IMG/VR virus record: IMGVR_UViG_3300010376_000008
Location: 1 to 63,137 of that record
Direction: 5' to 3' (one strand)
DNA length: 63,137 bases
Source: a virus
Taxonomy: Duplodnaviria; Caudoviricetes
This document shows positions 27,054 through 37,645 of the stretch, in pieces. The first letter of the stretch is position 1, and each line of letters begins with the position of its first letter. The position numbers were made by a program, and so were the translations under genes. A model generated the notes under the pieces. It was given only the letters and a program-made list of their open reading frames with translations. It was not told where the DNA came from and did no database searches.

Positions 27054-30000
27054 TCAAGCCCACTCCCGTGGCGGCCCCGAACCAGCCTCCCAGCCGCATC
27101 CGGTCCCGCAGTATATCCCGAGCCATCGAGCGCTCCAAAGCCCCCTTCTTCAGCTTCTCAGCCAGCCAGGCGATGAATTCGGGATGCGAAGCGCTGTCGA
27201 CCACCAGGGCAAACAGTTTGCCCAGCGAGGCGCGGGCGATCGTCGACACGCCGGGAACGCTGGTAATGAAAGTGCCCACGTACCCTAGCCGCGGCAGCGG
27301 GAAACTGTGCAACGGATTGAGCACGCGGGCGGCGGCCGCGAACGATCCGCCGACATCGGTTGCGCTGGTGCTGAACAGGAATTCCATGTCGCGCGCGAGC
27401 TGCAGCATCTGGCCGTGCGTGACACCCGGAAACATCAGGGCCTGCACTTCCTCGGTGATGCCGCGCTCGCCGGCCAGTTCCTCGCGCAACTTGCCCGTTT
27501 TTCCCAGCGTTCGCTGCAGGAATCGCTGCACGTAGACTTGCCGCAAGGCGTTGAATTCGGGCGATTCCCGACCGAACTGGCCGGCGGCCGCCATGATCAA
27601 ATCCTGGCTTCCCAGGATCTTGTCGGCAGAGCGAACCGCCAGCGCACTGGCGGAATCCTCGTATAGAAAATGCAACGGCTCGCCCCGCCGGGCCGCCTTG
27701 GCGTCTTTCCGAGCCGCATCCCACGCCTTGTCGATCCGCTTCACTTCTGCGGAAAACGCTTTCATCGGGTCGGCGTCGGCGAATTTCTTGACCTGCTCGG
27801 CGGCGGCTTCCGCCTTGCGCATGGTCGACGCGAGCGTGTCGGTTTCCTCGGGCCGGATCGGGATCGCGCCTTCCAGGCGCCGCACGTTGCGGGCAGCCTC
27901 CAGCATCCGATTGGCAAATGCCGGATCGTACCCGGTTTTCAGGATCCCGCTTTGCGCCATGTCCTCGACGAGGCCGGCGAACCGGCTGGCGTTCATCACG
28001 CCTGGGTCGAGCGTCATGGACCGATTGATGACGTCGCGCGCGTGGGCGGCCTGAACGAGGCTCCACATATTTTCGCCCACGACACCGCGCGCCCGCCGCA
28101 TCGATTCGACGTGCTCGGGAGCAAACAGCGTGTGCGCCAGCACCTCGGCGTTCGGCGGCGCCCCCGCCTCGAGGCCTTTCATAATGGTGGTGACCATCTT
28201 GTCGTCGAAAAACGGCATCGTCGACTTGTAGTAGGCGTCGGCCTGATCGAGCAGCTGGGCGGCTCCGCGCGCCTGCTCCGGAAGATCAGTGGAATGCAAT
28301 AAAGTGTTAAGCTTGTTCTCGAAAAGTTTAAGCGACCCCTGCCGCATGTCAGGAGTCAGGTCGTTGTAGTCGATGCCGTGCCGCAACCACGATCGCAGGT
28401 GACGGGCGTCCTTGAACGACAGGTCAACCGGCGGGTTGTTGTGACCTTCCGGCGCGTGCGGGTCGAACGGAATGGCGTTCGGATCTGGATCTTCGCCGGC
28501 CATGCGGGCGAGCCGGCGGATGTCGGCCGGGTACTTGTCGCGGATTTCCTTCGGCAAGCCGTCCAGAAACTCCTTGGCTTCGGCGCCGACCTGCGACGTC
28601 GGAATAACCACGTCACCGCCGACAGCGTCCGACGCGTCGTAAAGCTGCTGGGCCCGCAGGCGCACGGCCTGCCGGTAGCCGGTGAACTGCGAGCCGACCA
28701 TGCGCCAAAGCTCGCCGGGTGCCTCGTGCCCGCCGGCGCGTTCAAGAATCAGGTCGACATCGTCACCGATGCCCTTGATGGCGGCACTCGCCAGGTTCTT
28801 GGCTTCCGCGGCGGCGCGCGCATGGGATTCGGTCAGTTTCTGCACGGCCTGCTGGTATTTCCGCTGTACCTCCGCGATTCCACCCTCGGATCCCACAATC
28901 GCGTTGAACGCCTCCTTGGCGTCGCGCCAATCGGCTTCCAGCTGGGCGTCAGCGATCGCCATGTCGCGGCGCGCGGCCGCGAGCGCGAGCTTGCCGGCCT
29001 GCTCGGACGAAACCTTCTTCTCGGCGCTGGTCAGCGTGCCCTCGAAATCGACGCCGATTTCCGGCCTTTTCAGGATGTCAGCGCCCTGCTTCTCGTAGTA
29101 GTCGCGCGCCGCCTGCCCAAACACGTTCTGGGCGCGGAAAACGGCGTCGAAATCCTCGATTTTCTTGATCATCGGGGCTTCGGGCATGAACGTGGACGGC
29201 GCCGGCCGCCCGCCGCGCTCCGCAATCCCGTGCGCCTGCGCGGCGACTTCCTTGGTGGTGCCCAGGAATTTGCGTGCTGTTTTAGGGGTGATGCCAATGC
29301 TTTCGAGAAAATCAGGCGTGATCCTGGCGGCCAAATCCTTGGCCTTTCCCAATGATGTGCTGGCCACACTGGTAGCGGATTTGACGGCGCCCGGAATTTT
29401 CGAAATCCCGCGGCCGATCACTTCCCCACCGGCCGCAAACGCCCCTTCGGTGCCGATCGCCGACACCTGGTTCTCGAGCGGCTCGTGCACGCCCGCGAGC
29501 GCCAGGACGGCGTTGTTGAACGCCCGGCCCGCCATCGCGCCGCCGACCATTCCGAGCGCGGCGCCGGCCACGTTCCCGGGCCCCGGCTCGACGCTTCCGG
29601 CCGCGCCGCCAATCACCAGGCCGCCCGTCAGGCCGACCGCTGGAGCCGTCTCGGCCGCAGTGGCGCCCAGGAAGGCGCCCGCGCCACGACCGGACCCTGG
29701 CCGGCGCAGCGTGCCCCCGTCGTTGACGAAAAGGCCTTCGGCGTCCTCGAACACCTTGCCCGGGTAGACGCGCTCCAGCGCCTGCCGGCGGCCTGCCGGC
29801 GACAGGGCCATATCGTGCAGCATCTGAGCCGTGAAGCCGACGGAGCGGAAATACGGTTTCTTGGAGGGTTTTCCGCTCTTGGGATCGATGAACGGCGCCC
29901 CTTCCGGAATATCCTTCAGGTCGTCATAGGTCGACGGCGTGTACGGCTTGGTCACCACGCGGGTCGAATCTTCCGGGTCCAAAAACTTTGTTCCGGGCGA

Positions 30001-30129
30001 AAGCGCGTCGACTTCGCCGTAATCCTTGACCTTCACGGGCGGCTTCTCGGCCGTCGGGCCGGGCGGCTGCGGCGGCGAGATTTGCGGCGGCTGGGGCGGT
30101 TGCGGGATGGCGGGAAAAACGTCGCTCAT
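27031..30129 (-). CDS. Large internal virion/DNA ejection protein
   Basis: 1032 aa, helical, Gly/Ala hydrophobic segment; podovirus synteny. Confidence 0.7.
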   Translation of the reverse strand: MSDVFPAIPQPPQPPQISPPQPPGPTAEKPPVKVKDYGEVDALSPGTKFLDPEDSTRVVTKPYTPSTYDDLKDIPEGAPFIDPKSGKPSKKPYFRSVGFTAQMLHDMALSPAGRRQALERVYPGKVFEDAEGLFVNDGGTLRRPGSGRGAGAFLGATAAETAPAVGLTGGLVIGGAAGSVEPGPGNVAGAALGMVGGAMAGRAFNNAVLALAGVHEPLENQVSAIGTEGAFAAGGEVIGRGISKIPGAVKSATSVASTSLGKAKDLAARITPDFLESIGITPKTARKFLGTTKEVAAQAHGIAERGGRPAPSTFMPEAPMIKKIEDFDAVFRAQNVFGQAARDYYEKQGADILKRPEIGVDFEGTLTSAEKKVSSEQAGKLALAAARRDMAIADAQLEADWRDAKEAFNAIVGSEGGIAEVQRKYQQAVQKLTESHARAAAEAKNLASAAIKGIGDDVDLILERAGGHEAPGELWRMVGSQFTGYRQAVRLRAQQLYDASDAVGGDVVIPTSQVGAEAKEFLDGLPKEIRDKYPADIRRLARMAGEDPDPNAIPFDPHAPEGHNNPPVDLSFKDARHLRSWLRHGIDYNDLTPDMRQGSLKLFENKLNTLLHSTDLPEQARGAAQLLDQADAYYKSTMPFFDDKMVTTIMKGLEAGAPPNAEVLAHTLFAPEHVESMRRARGVVGENMWSLVQAAHARDVINRSMTLDPGVMNASRFAGLVEDMAQSGILKTGYDPAFANRMLEAARNVRRLEGAIPIRPEETDTLASTMRKAEAAAEQVKKFADADPMKAFSAEVKRIDKAWDAARKDAKAARRGEPLHFLYEDSASALAVRSADKILGSQDLIMAAAGQFGRESPEFNALRQVYVQRFLQRTLGKTGKLREELAGERGITEEVQALMFPGVTHGQMLQLARDMEFLFSTSATDVGGSFAAAARVLNPLHSFPLPRLGYVGTFITSVPGVSTIARASLGKLFALVVDSASHPEFIAWLAEKLKKGALERSMARDILRDRMRLGGWFGAATGVGLNDAAQRN

Positions 30130-32084
30130 TGCGCGTCCATCCAGGCCGGGCGCTGACCGGTATCGGTCGTGGCCGGCGTCGACTTGTCGCCCGGCTCGAA
30201 CGTTCCGCCGCGCCTTTTAACAAGATCATCGCGCATTCTCCCGTACAGATCCTTGACTTTTTTCAAACTTTCGGCGGTGCTTATGACAGTATCGCCTACG
30301 CGCATGCCGGCGATGATCGTGTTGATCCGGCCGGCCTCGACGGCGAGCGGGCGCCCGCGGGTTTCGTTCATCAGGCGGCCGGCCCATTCCTGCAGCTCGG
30401 CAATATCGCGCTCGAATTGTCGACGGTCATCTGCGCTGTCAAGCCCAATAGCGTTCGCCACTGATTCCAACGGCCGTGTGATTTTGCCTCCCAAGCCGGT
30501 AATCAAACTGTGCTTTTTCATTGCTGCTTCAACGCGATCGATCGTGTCGGTCGAGTAATCGATGCGGTTGATCAGTGAGTCGAGAAAATCCCGGCTGTTG
30601 CCGGTCATGCCGGCCGCCTCGGTTCTCAGCCGCCGCGTCAACTGAGCGGACCGATCGGCAATCTCGGCATCCGACAATCCCTGATCCTTCCACTCCTTTC
30701 TGGCCTTCTCGACATCGGCGGCAATCTGCCGGTCGGTCGTCAGGACGCCGCCCCCACCCTCGGCGCGCTTGGCGGCGATCCGCTCCATTTCCTTGTCGTG
30801 TCGCTCCCGTTCAGCGGCAAGATCCTTGGAAACGTCACCTCGGCCGGCCGTGATCCGCTCCACTTCCTTGTTATGACGCTCGCGCTCGGCGATCTGCTCG
30901 TCACCTTGGTCAAGGCGCCGATCCGCCTGGTCAAGCCGGCGGTCACCCTGGTCGACCTTGCGGGTGTTCAGATCCTCCATTGCCTTGTCGTACCGGACCT
31001 TTTCATCGGCTAATTGCTTGGCAACATCGCCTTTGCCGGCGTTAATCGCCTCGATCGCCCGATTGTGCTTCGCCGTCTCATCGGCTTTTGCCTTGTCGAG
31101 ATCGAGTTTTTGCTGTGGATCGATTTTCGGGGTGATGGCGCCGATCTTCCGCAACTGCTCCAGCTTCTGGTCGTCCGGCAAATCGGAATTGATGATCCGG
31201 GCCGCCAGCTCCTGCATAGGCGTCGCCAGGCGGCTGCCGTAGTATTTGTTGAATGTCTCCCAGCGGACGTTCGGGTCATCCGATTTGGTGCCCGGATCAC
31301 GTTTGTAGAGCCAGTCGCGCAAGCCATCCTTGGTGATCTTGTCGGTGGCGTTGGCCACCTCGGTCATCTGCCGGGCGCGCGATTCCTGCAGTTGCATAAG
31401 CTGCGGGCTCATGCCCCAGTGATCGAGGATCGCCAGCGACTGCTGGTCGCCGAATTGCGCCGCGGCCGCCCGCATCTTGGCCTCGGCGGTCCGCAGGTCG
31501 ATGTCGGTAAATTGCATCGCGTCCTGGTAGCGCGCGTGTTGCATGTTGAAGCGCTTCACCGCCAGGTCGGCGTTCGTCTTGAACGCGTCGAACGCCCGAT
31601 CGTACTCGGCGTCGTCGTTTTTCTTGATGGCGTTCATGGCAGCCGCGGCACCGTTCAGCCCGTTGATCATCGGTTGCCGGGTGAACGCCGACGCCACCAG
31701 GGCGAACACGCTTCCGAGCGACCCGAACGCCTCCATCGGGTTGTGCGAGAAATGCTGCCGCATCTCCTGCTCGTTCCAGGTCGGGATGCTCTCGGCGCTG
31801 ACCCCCTCGGCCACGTATGCCTGCTGCATGCGGTGGCGATCCTGCGCCAGCTTGGCCTCCATCTCGTCGCTGATGGAGCGCGTCTCGGCAATGTGGCCGG
31901 CGGTCAGGTCGGAAAGGGCCGCCGTGAGCCGCGGCGGTGGCGCGAACTGATCAAGTGCGTTCGTGGGCGGCGCAACGGTGGGCCGATTGGCATCGTCCGG
32001 CAGGCCGAACGACACCGGGGCGCCCGCGCCCGAATGCGCGATGGTGACGTCGGTTGCGTCAATGACGGGAGGATCGTTAGCCAC
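30126..32084 (-). CDS. Internal virion/ejection protein with charged repeats
   Basis: E..RHNK..E.I.AG.GDV and DRRLDQ repeats; synteny. Confidence 0.65.
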   Translation of the reverse strand: MANDPPVIDATDVTIAHSGAGAPVSFGLPDDANRPTVAPPTNALDQFAPPPRLTAALSDLTAGHIAETRSISDEMEAKLAQDRHRMQQAYVAEGVSAESIPTWNEQEMRQHFSHNPMEAFGSLGSVFALVASAFTRQPMINGLNGAAAAMNAIKKNDDAEYDRAFDAFKTNADLAVKRFNMQHARYQDAMQFTDIDLRTAEAKMRAAAAQFGDQQSLAILDHWGMSPQLMQLQESRARQMTEVANATDKITKDGLRDWLYKRDPGTKSDDPNVRWETFNKYYGSRLATPMQELAARIINSDLPDDQKLEQLRKIGAITPKIDPQQKLDLDKAKADETAKHNRAIEAINAGKGDVAKQLADEKVRYDKAMEDLNTRKVDQGDRRLDQADRRLDQGDEQIAERERHNKEVERITAGRGDVSKDLAAERERHDKEMERIAAKRAEGGGGVLTTDRQIAADVEKARKEWKDQGLSDAEIADRSAQLTRRLRTEAAGMTGNSRDFLDSLINRIDYSTDTIDRVEAAMKKHSLITGLGGKITRPLESVANAIGLDSADDRRQFERDIAELQEWAGRLMNETRGRPLAVEAGRINTIIAGMRVGDTVISTAESLKKVKDLYGRMRDDLVKRRGGTFEPGDKSTPATTDTGQRPAWMDAQ

Positions 32085-32883
32085 TGGTCACCGCGCTTCC
32101 CACCGCCTTGCCGGCTGCCCCGCCGGCTGCGGCTCCAGCCGGCCCGCCGAAGATGCCCCCGCCGAAGCTGCCGAGCGCAGCCGCGAAATTGGAGATCGCG
32201 TTGCCGGTCGCCTGCGACTGCTTCAAATCGTAGTCCGAGAGGTATTTGAAAATGCTCTCCTGCATGCCGGCGAAATTCAGGCCGTTCGTGATCATGCTGT
32301 TGCCGGCCGACAGCAACTGCGACGCCATTTGAGCCGCCTGCATCTTGGCCTGCAAATCCACCGAATTCAGATCCTGCGCAAGCGCGCTGTTCTTGGAAGG
32401 GTCGCCCGACGTGCCCGACGTCGCGGCATTCTGGATGAATCGCGCCTTGGCGGCCGCGGCCCACTGGTTGATCTGCTCCTGCATGCCCGGCGGCAGCGTG
32501 CCGGACGCCAGATAGGACATATACTGATTGCCCTGCGAAAACAGGTTCGCTTCCTCGGGCCCCAGGCTGGCCACGAGGTTCTGCAGGTTCGTGATGTTGG
32601 GGTCGACCTTGTTGCCCTGCGACAGGTTGACGGCGAGCCCGACGCCGGCGGCCCCGGCTCCCACCAGGCCGAGAAGCGGGTTGGTGCTTTTGCCGCCGCT
32701 CGACCCGCCGCTAAGGAATTTCGACAGGTCGAAACCCCCGCCGCTGCCGGAAGTACCGCCGAACGGCGACATTCCACCGGTAGGCGGGGTGCTGCCGCCC
32801 TGATCCGGGAATCCCACCGTGCCGGCGCCGAGCGGCGCTTCGGTGCCCACGATGCCGGCTGGCAGGTTCTCGAACCAGGACAT
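32077..32883 (-). CDS. Ejection/pilot protein
   Basis: Gly/Ser/Gln-rich with Gly-Ala C-terminus; synteny. Confidence 0.6.
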   Translation of the reverse strand: MSWFENLPAGIVGTEAPLGAGTVGFPDQGGSTPPTGGMSPFGGTSGSGGGFDLSKFLSGGSSGGKSTNPLLGLVGAGAAGVGLAVNLSQGNKVDPNITNLQNLVASLGPEEANLFSQGNQYMSYLASGTLPPGMQEQINQWAAAAKARFIQNAATSGTSGDPSKNSALAQDLNSVDLQAKMQAAQMASQLLSAGNSMITNGLNFAGMQESIFKYLSDYDLKQSQATGNAISNFAAALGSFGGGIFGGPAGAAAGGAAGKAVGSAVTSG

Positions 32884-33356
32884 CAGAGCCTCGCAAACAC
32901 CTGCTGGCGCGTGAACAGGCGACCGATTTTTTCCTTGATAGCGTCGTGCGGGACGTCGCTCAATTCCTCGACGATCATCACCTCGCAGCCGAGGTGCCTG
33001 GCCCATACGGCGAAGTCGGCATAGAAGAAAGCCGCCTCGGCGACATGCTCGCTCGCGCGCGCCAGCACGAACCGCTCACACACCATCGGCCGCGGGTCGA
33101 GCGGCGAGACCTGCATCATCTGGGCAAGGCCGACCGAGTTTTCGGCGTACAAGAACTTGAATTCGTTGGCGTAAAGCAGGCTCTTTAGCCAGCCGAGCAC
33201 GTTCCGCTCGGTCAGGTGCGGGAAAGAGGCGGTCAGTCGGGGGATCAGCCACGGACCGTGGCGGTCGATGTCGGGAAGCTCGAACCGGCGTATGGCCGGC
33301 GGGGCTTGCAGCACGGGCGTCTGTGCCACGGCGGGAACTCCTAAACCCATAGCCAT
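32883..33356 (-). CDS. Putative GNAT-fold virion-module protein
   Basis: IRRFELPDI start, WARHLGCEVM; position between tail tube and ejection genes. Confidence 0.45.
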   Translation of the reverse strand: MAMGLGVPAVAQTPVLQAPPAIRRFELPDIDRHGPWLIPRLTASFPHLTERNVLGWLKSLLYANEFKFLYAENSVGLAQMMQVSPLDPRPMVCERFVLARASEHVAEAAFFYADFAVWARHLGCEVMIVEELSDVPHDAIKEKIGRLFTRQQVFARL

Positions 33357-33357
33357 A

Positions 33358-33696
33358 CTAGCTTACTCCCAGAATTTGACCAGCCTGATAGTGCTCCTGG
33401 GCGTGGAGCTGGATCCAGTCGGTCAGCGATTCAGGGGACGAAAAATCGACGCCCGTCAAGTCGCTGCTCTGAATCCCCAGCAAGGCATCCATCTCGAAAT
33501 GCATCTGCTGGTGGTTCCGCAACCATGCCGCCATGTCGTCGGGGCGGATCGGGTCGAGCGGAAAAGTGCTCAACCGCGCCCCCAGAATGTTGAACGACAG
33601 CCGCACGATATCGATGTGGTGAGCCGCGTGGTTGAAGCTCCACAGGCCGAGATTCTGCCCGGTCGGCATCTCGTAAATGACCGCCACGCCCATCAA
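33358..33696 (-). CDS. His-rich hypothetical structural-module protein
   Basis: Three W...H...H motifs. Confidence 0.7.
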   Translation of the reverse strand: MMGVAVIYEMPTGQNLGLWSFNHAAHHIDIVRLSFNILGARLSTFPLDPIRPDDMAAWLRNHQQMHFEMDALLGIQSSDLTGVDFSSPESLTDWIQLHAQEHYQAGQILGVS

Positions 33697-35960
33697 TTCC
33701 CCCGGTAACCGACGTTGCTGTCGGTCATCATCGCCATCACCAAGGCGGCATCCTGCGCAGTGGTCTGAATCGTCATGCCGGTCAAGGTGCCGGTCGACGC
33801 CACCGCTTGCGCGGGCGTGAACGACCCGACCGTATTCGGGGTCGTGATCGGGTAACTGGTCGACGCCACCTCGCTGTCGATCGCGACCGACAAGCTGTTG
33901 GTATTCGCATTGTAATAGTCGATCTGCGCAAAGAAAGCGCCGGCCGACCTTAGAAACATCGGCTCACCCCAGAATTTGGAGCGCACCGCTTTCTGCATGG
34001 TGTTGGTCGGGGTGCCGAGCAGCGTGTAGATGGCGAGCCCGTCCGTTCCAAAAGGCGTGATAACCGAGTTGATCTCGCTCGAGCCGATGAAGGTCAGGGC
34101 CACGTGCTGCTGTGCCGCGAACCACCGCTGCCCATCCCACATCAGCAATTTGTTGACGGTCTGGCCTGACACCGGGTCGACGATCGGAATCAGGAAAATC
34201 GCAACTTTCTTCGAATAGCTCGGCCCGGCTTGCGAGGCCAGCGTGGCGACCGCGGCCGAGAGCTGCAATCCGTTGAAGTTGGCGACCGTCTTGTAAACGC
34301 CATCCAACTCGTCGCTGATCTTGGCCATCGCGCCGCCCTGGCTGCGGTAGATGCCCTCGCCATTGGCCATCAGGATATCGCGGCCGAACGTGATCACGGC
34401 GGCCGGGTACGACGTGCCCACCTGCGGGTCGGCGTTCTGGTTGGTGTAGGTCGTGGTCGGCGGCGAGCCTGACGTCTGCACGCCCGAGATATAACTCAGC
34501 GACGAATCGCCGACCGTGAATAGGAACCCGTTGGTGTTGACGGCCCGGATGTATGCGGCCCGCAAGGTCGAATCGCCCGACGTCTGCGTGCCGCCGCCGT
34601 CGGAAGTGGCGAAATCGGAAAACGAGCTGGGGGCCGTGAACTGGTACTTGTTCTGTCGGAACACCCACACCCGGTTGGAGAACACCTCGACAACCGCGCC
34701 CTGGACACCGAACGGCATCAGCAAAACGGTCGCCTGCGCGGTCACCGGCGTGTCATTGACGGTCAGGGCGGGCGGCGTGTTCGATCCATAGACGCCGCCG
34801 GTCTGCACCAGCACGCTGGTGATCACCCCGGACGCGATCACCGGCTTGAACGTCGCCTGCACCTGCGGGGAACCGCCGCCCGAGGCCGTCACGGTGGTGC
34901 TTTGGCTGTATCCGCTTCCGCCGCTGTTGACCGTCACGCTGGTGACCGTGAAAAAGCCCGTGTCGGTGATCGTCACGGTCGGCGAGGGACTCAAGGTCAG
35001 GTAGCTGCCCTGGTGGGTGACGGTGACGGACGTGATTACGCCCCCCACCACCCCGATCGAGATGGTGGCGTTGTCGTTGTTGATGACATTGCCGCCGCTG
35101 ATCGTCGCGACGGTGTTGAACGAATAGCCCGACCCGCCGTTCAGGATGGTGACGTTGCCCAGAACGAAATAGCGGCCGCCGATGGAAACGAAATTGAGCT
35201 GCAGCGAGCCTCCGCTCCCACCGAGCTGGTGCGTGAGCACGGCCGTCAAGCTGGCACCGCTTCCGCCGGTCGCGCCTCCCAGGATGTTCACGGTGAGGAT
35301 GTCGCCAACCGAGTAGCCGGAACCAGGATTGACGATCGTGATGCCGGTCACGAAGCCGCCGCCGATTTGCGCCTGCGCCACCACGCCGGTGCCGGTGCCG
35401 CCGGAAACCACCACGGCCGGCACGGTCTGGTAGGAGCTGCCCGGATTGGTGATCGTGACCTGCGGCGACAGCGTGCCGGCGCCGTACAGGTTGGTGCCAT
35501 CCCACAGCCAGTAACCGTTGACCTGGTCGGACACGATGATGATGTATTGCTGCGCCCATTGGGCGACATCGACGTGCAACGAATCGGGATTCAGAATGGT
35601 ATTGATCGGAAGTATCTGCTTGATCTCGTTAGTCAGCAAATTCAACTGATGAACCATGCCGTCCGATCGGAAAATTACCAAAATCGGCGTGGTGCCGAGA
35701 TTGCCGGAAAAGAAACACGTGATCGTGGCGCCGCCGCCAGCCGTGTAGATCGAGCCGCCCGCGTCGTAGAGGGTTCGCAAGTTGTGGGCGTCTACCGGGA
35801 TAAAACCGTCGATCCAGGCGCACTGTTCATCCGGAATACCGGAGCGCGTGCGCGACGTGTTGATGCCGCCGAACACCTCCATCCGACGGACATCCACGCC
35901 CTGCGGAAGGTACGGGTTCTGCTGCGGCTCGGCAGGAGCTTGGGCTTTAATACCGACCAT
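33693..35960 (-). CDS. Tail nozzle/tubular-B-like protein with inserted GSGY repeat region
   Basis: FGGINT..R..I.D N-terminus; several (N)xGSGY repeats; synteny. Confidence 0.65.
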   Translation of the reverse strand: MVGIKAQAPAEPQQNPYLPQGVDVRRMEVFGGINTSRTRSGIPDEQCAWIDGFIPVDAHNLRTLYDAGGSIYTAGGGATITCFFSGNLGTTPILVIFRSDGMVHQLNLLTNEIKQILPINTILNPDSLHVDVAQWAQQYIIIVSDQVNGYWLWDGTNLYGAGTLSPQVTITNPGSSYQTVPAVVVSGGTGTGVVAQAQIGGGFVTGITIVNPGSGYSVGDILTVNILGGATGGSGASLTAVLTHQLGGSGGSLQLNFVSIGGRYFVLGNVTILNGGSGYSFNTVATISGGNVINNDNATISIGVVGGVITSVTVTHQGSYLTLSPSPTVTITDTGFFTVTSVTVNSGGSGYSQSTTVTASGGGSPQVQATFKPVIASGVITSVLVQTGGVYGSNTPPALTVNDTPVTAQATVLLMPFGVQGAVVEVFSNRVWVFRQNKYQFTAPSSFSDFATSDGGGTQTSGDSTLRAAYIRAVNTNGFLFTVGDSSLSYISGVQTSGSPPTTTYTNQNADPQVGTSYPAAVITFGRDILMANGEGIYRSQGGAMAKISDELDGVYKTVANFNGLQLSAAVATLASQAGPSYSKKVAIFLIPIVDPVSGQTVNKLLMWDGQRWFAAQQHVALTFIGSSEINSVITPFGTDGLAIYTLLGTPTNTMQKAVRSKFWGEPMFLRSAGAFFAQIDYYNANTNSLSVAIDSEVASTSYPITTPNTVGSFTPAQAVASTGTLTGMTIQTTAQDAALVMAMMTDSNVGYRGN

Positions 35961-36870
35961 ACGGATTCACCCCGCGGCCGATCCGGGCGAAATTCGAATA
36001 GGAAAGTGCCTGCTTTTCGTAAAGGTCGAGATAGAACTTGGCGACGTTGTAATTCTGCAATTCCATCATGGCGAAATGCGCCCCGAAATACGGGACCGCA
36101 TCCCTCCAGGGATTCGGCAGCGCCTCGTAGCTCTGATCGTCGATCAGGTCGGACGGCAGCACGAGGCAATCCCACTCGCTGGCGTATTGCTGCGACGGAA
36201 GCGGGTAAGAATAGAAACTGCCGTCGGTTCCCTGCCCGAACTGCGACGTGAAGGTCGGAACATACTGATACTGAAACGGATATTGCCGGATCATCGCCTG
36301 GTAAACGCTGAAGGCATACATCGGCAAGGTGTAGCGATAATTATTATAAAGGATCGACACGCTGCGCACATAGTAAACCGCATCGCAGCCTGGAAACATG
36401 CTCAAATCGATGCCGGAAAACGGATAAACCTCCTGCCCGGTGTTCAGCGTGTTGATGAACGACAGCACCGGCGTTGCGGTTGCCCCGTGACCGGTCGTGT
36501 CAGTGATGGTGACCTGTGGCTGGAAATAGCCGGAACCGCCGTAGGTCGAATCGATTGCCGCGATCACCCCGCCCTGCACGATCGCACTCGCGATTGCCTG
36601 CGCGCCCAGCGGATTCGGGAGGCGCCCGCTCGGCAAGTCGGGAGGCGTCACCGTCACGGTCGGGGTCGCCGAGTAGCCACTGCCGCCGTTCGTGATCGTG
36701 TAGCCGGTGATCGCCCCGCTGATCGGTGTCAGCACGCGGATCGCCTGTGTCCGCATGGCCACCTCGCGGCGGCCACGGTTGATGTAGCTGATCAGATCCT
36801 CGGGGTTGTTGAAAACCTGGTTTTGCTCACGCAGGAAGCGCTGGGTTTGCAGAAGATATTCGTTGAGCAT
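35947..36870 (-). CDS. Head-tail adaptor (paralogue 2) with GSGY insertion
   Basis: MLNEY..LISYINRGRREVA..; EALPNPWRDAVPYFGA. Confidence 0.65.
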   Translation of the reverse strand: MLNEYLLQTQRFLREQNQVFNNPEDLISYINRGRREVAMRTQAIRVLTPISGAITGYTITNGGSGYSATPTVTVTPPDLPSGRLPNPLGAQAIASAIVQGGVIAAIDSTYGGSGYFQPQVTITDTTGHGATATPVLSFINTLNTGQEVYPFSGIDLSMFPGCDAVYYVRSVSILYNNYRYTLPMYAFSVYQAMIRQYPFQYQYVPTFTSQFGQGTDGSFYSYPLPSQQYASEWDCLVLPSDLIDDQSYEALPNPWRDAVPYFGAHFAMMELQNYNVAKFYLDLYEKQALSYSNFARIGRGVNPYGRY

Positions 36871-36873
36871 CGA

Positions 36874-37626
36874 TCATGCCCCCATCTTCTGGGTGCCGAG
36901 CTTCATGGCCTGCACCGGATCGGCCGCCTCCTGGTACATCCAGCGATTCACCGACGGATTGGCGGCATTGCGGGCGCGCGTCGAGAATTCCTTGTAAAGC
37001 TCGAACATGCGCGCGGCGTCTGCCTGGCGGGCGCCGGTCTGCGACGACAAATAGGCGTAGTAGGCGGCGAAAAACGGCACCGCGTCCGTCCACAAATAGG
37101 GGATCGCTTCCACAGTATTGTCGTTGACGAGGCCGATCGGGAAACACGTGCAATCGCACGTCAGTGGATAGCTCGCGTCCGGAATCGGGTCGATATAGAA
37201 ACTGCCGCCTTGACCCTCGGTCGTGCCGGCTTGCGGCGCCCCACCTTGCGCATATTGGCTCCATCGCCGCGGAAAGCCGCTTTGCGGCACCGGGTTATTG
37301 AGGTTGAACAGGTAGAACTGCTCCCACGGGGTCGGCGCCAGCATGCGCTGCCCGGATCCCACCACCCACGAAATCTGCCGCACATGCAGGACGCCATCGA
37401 TGCCGGTGGACGCCGATACGCCGACGTTGATGGAGGAAAAATTATAGGCGCGCTGACCGATGACGGTGTTGATCGTCCCGATCGCCCGGATGCACCTGGA
37501 TTCGCCGGCGAGCTGGCCGCGCGAGATGTTGATGAAGCGGGTAAGGCTTGGCGTCGAGTAGAGCGCCGTGGTGGCGGCCGGGTTCTGCAGGAGGCCCTGA
37601 GTGTCGGACACGTACTGATTCAGCAC
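36874..37626 (-). CDS. Head-tail adaptor (paralogue 1)
   Basis: MLNQY..LTRFINISRGQLA..; FYIDPIPD..Y; EAIPYLWTDAVPFFAA. Confidence 0.7.
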   Translation of the reverse strand: MLNQYVSDTQGLLQNPAATTALYSTPSLTRFINISRGQLAGESRCIRAIGTINTVIGQRAYNFSSINVGVSASTGIDGVLHVRQISWVVGSGQRMLAPTPWEQFYLFNLNNPVPQSGFPRRWSQYAQGGAPQAGTTEGQGGSFYIDPIPDASYPLTCDCTCFPIGLVNDNTVEAIPYLWTDAVPFFAAYYAYLSSQTGARQADAARMFELYKEFSTRARNAANPSVNRWMYQEAADPVQAMKLGTQKMGA

Positions 37627-37645
37627 GGCAAGAACCTCCTGCCGG

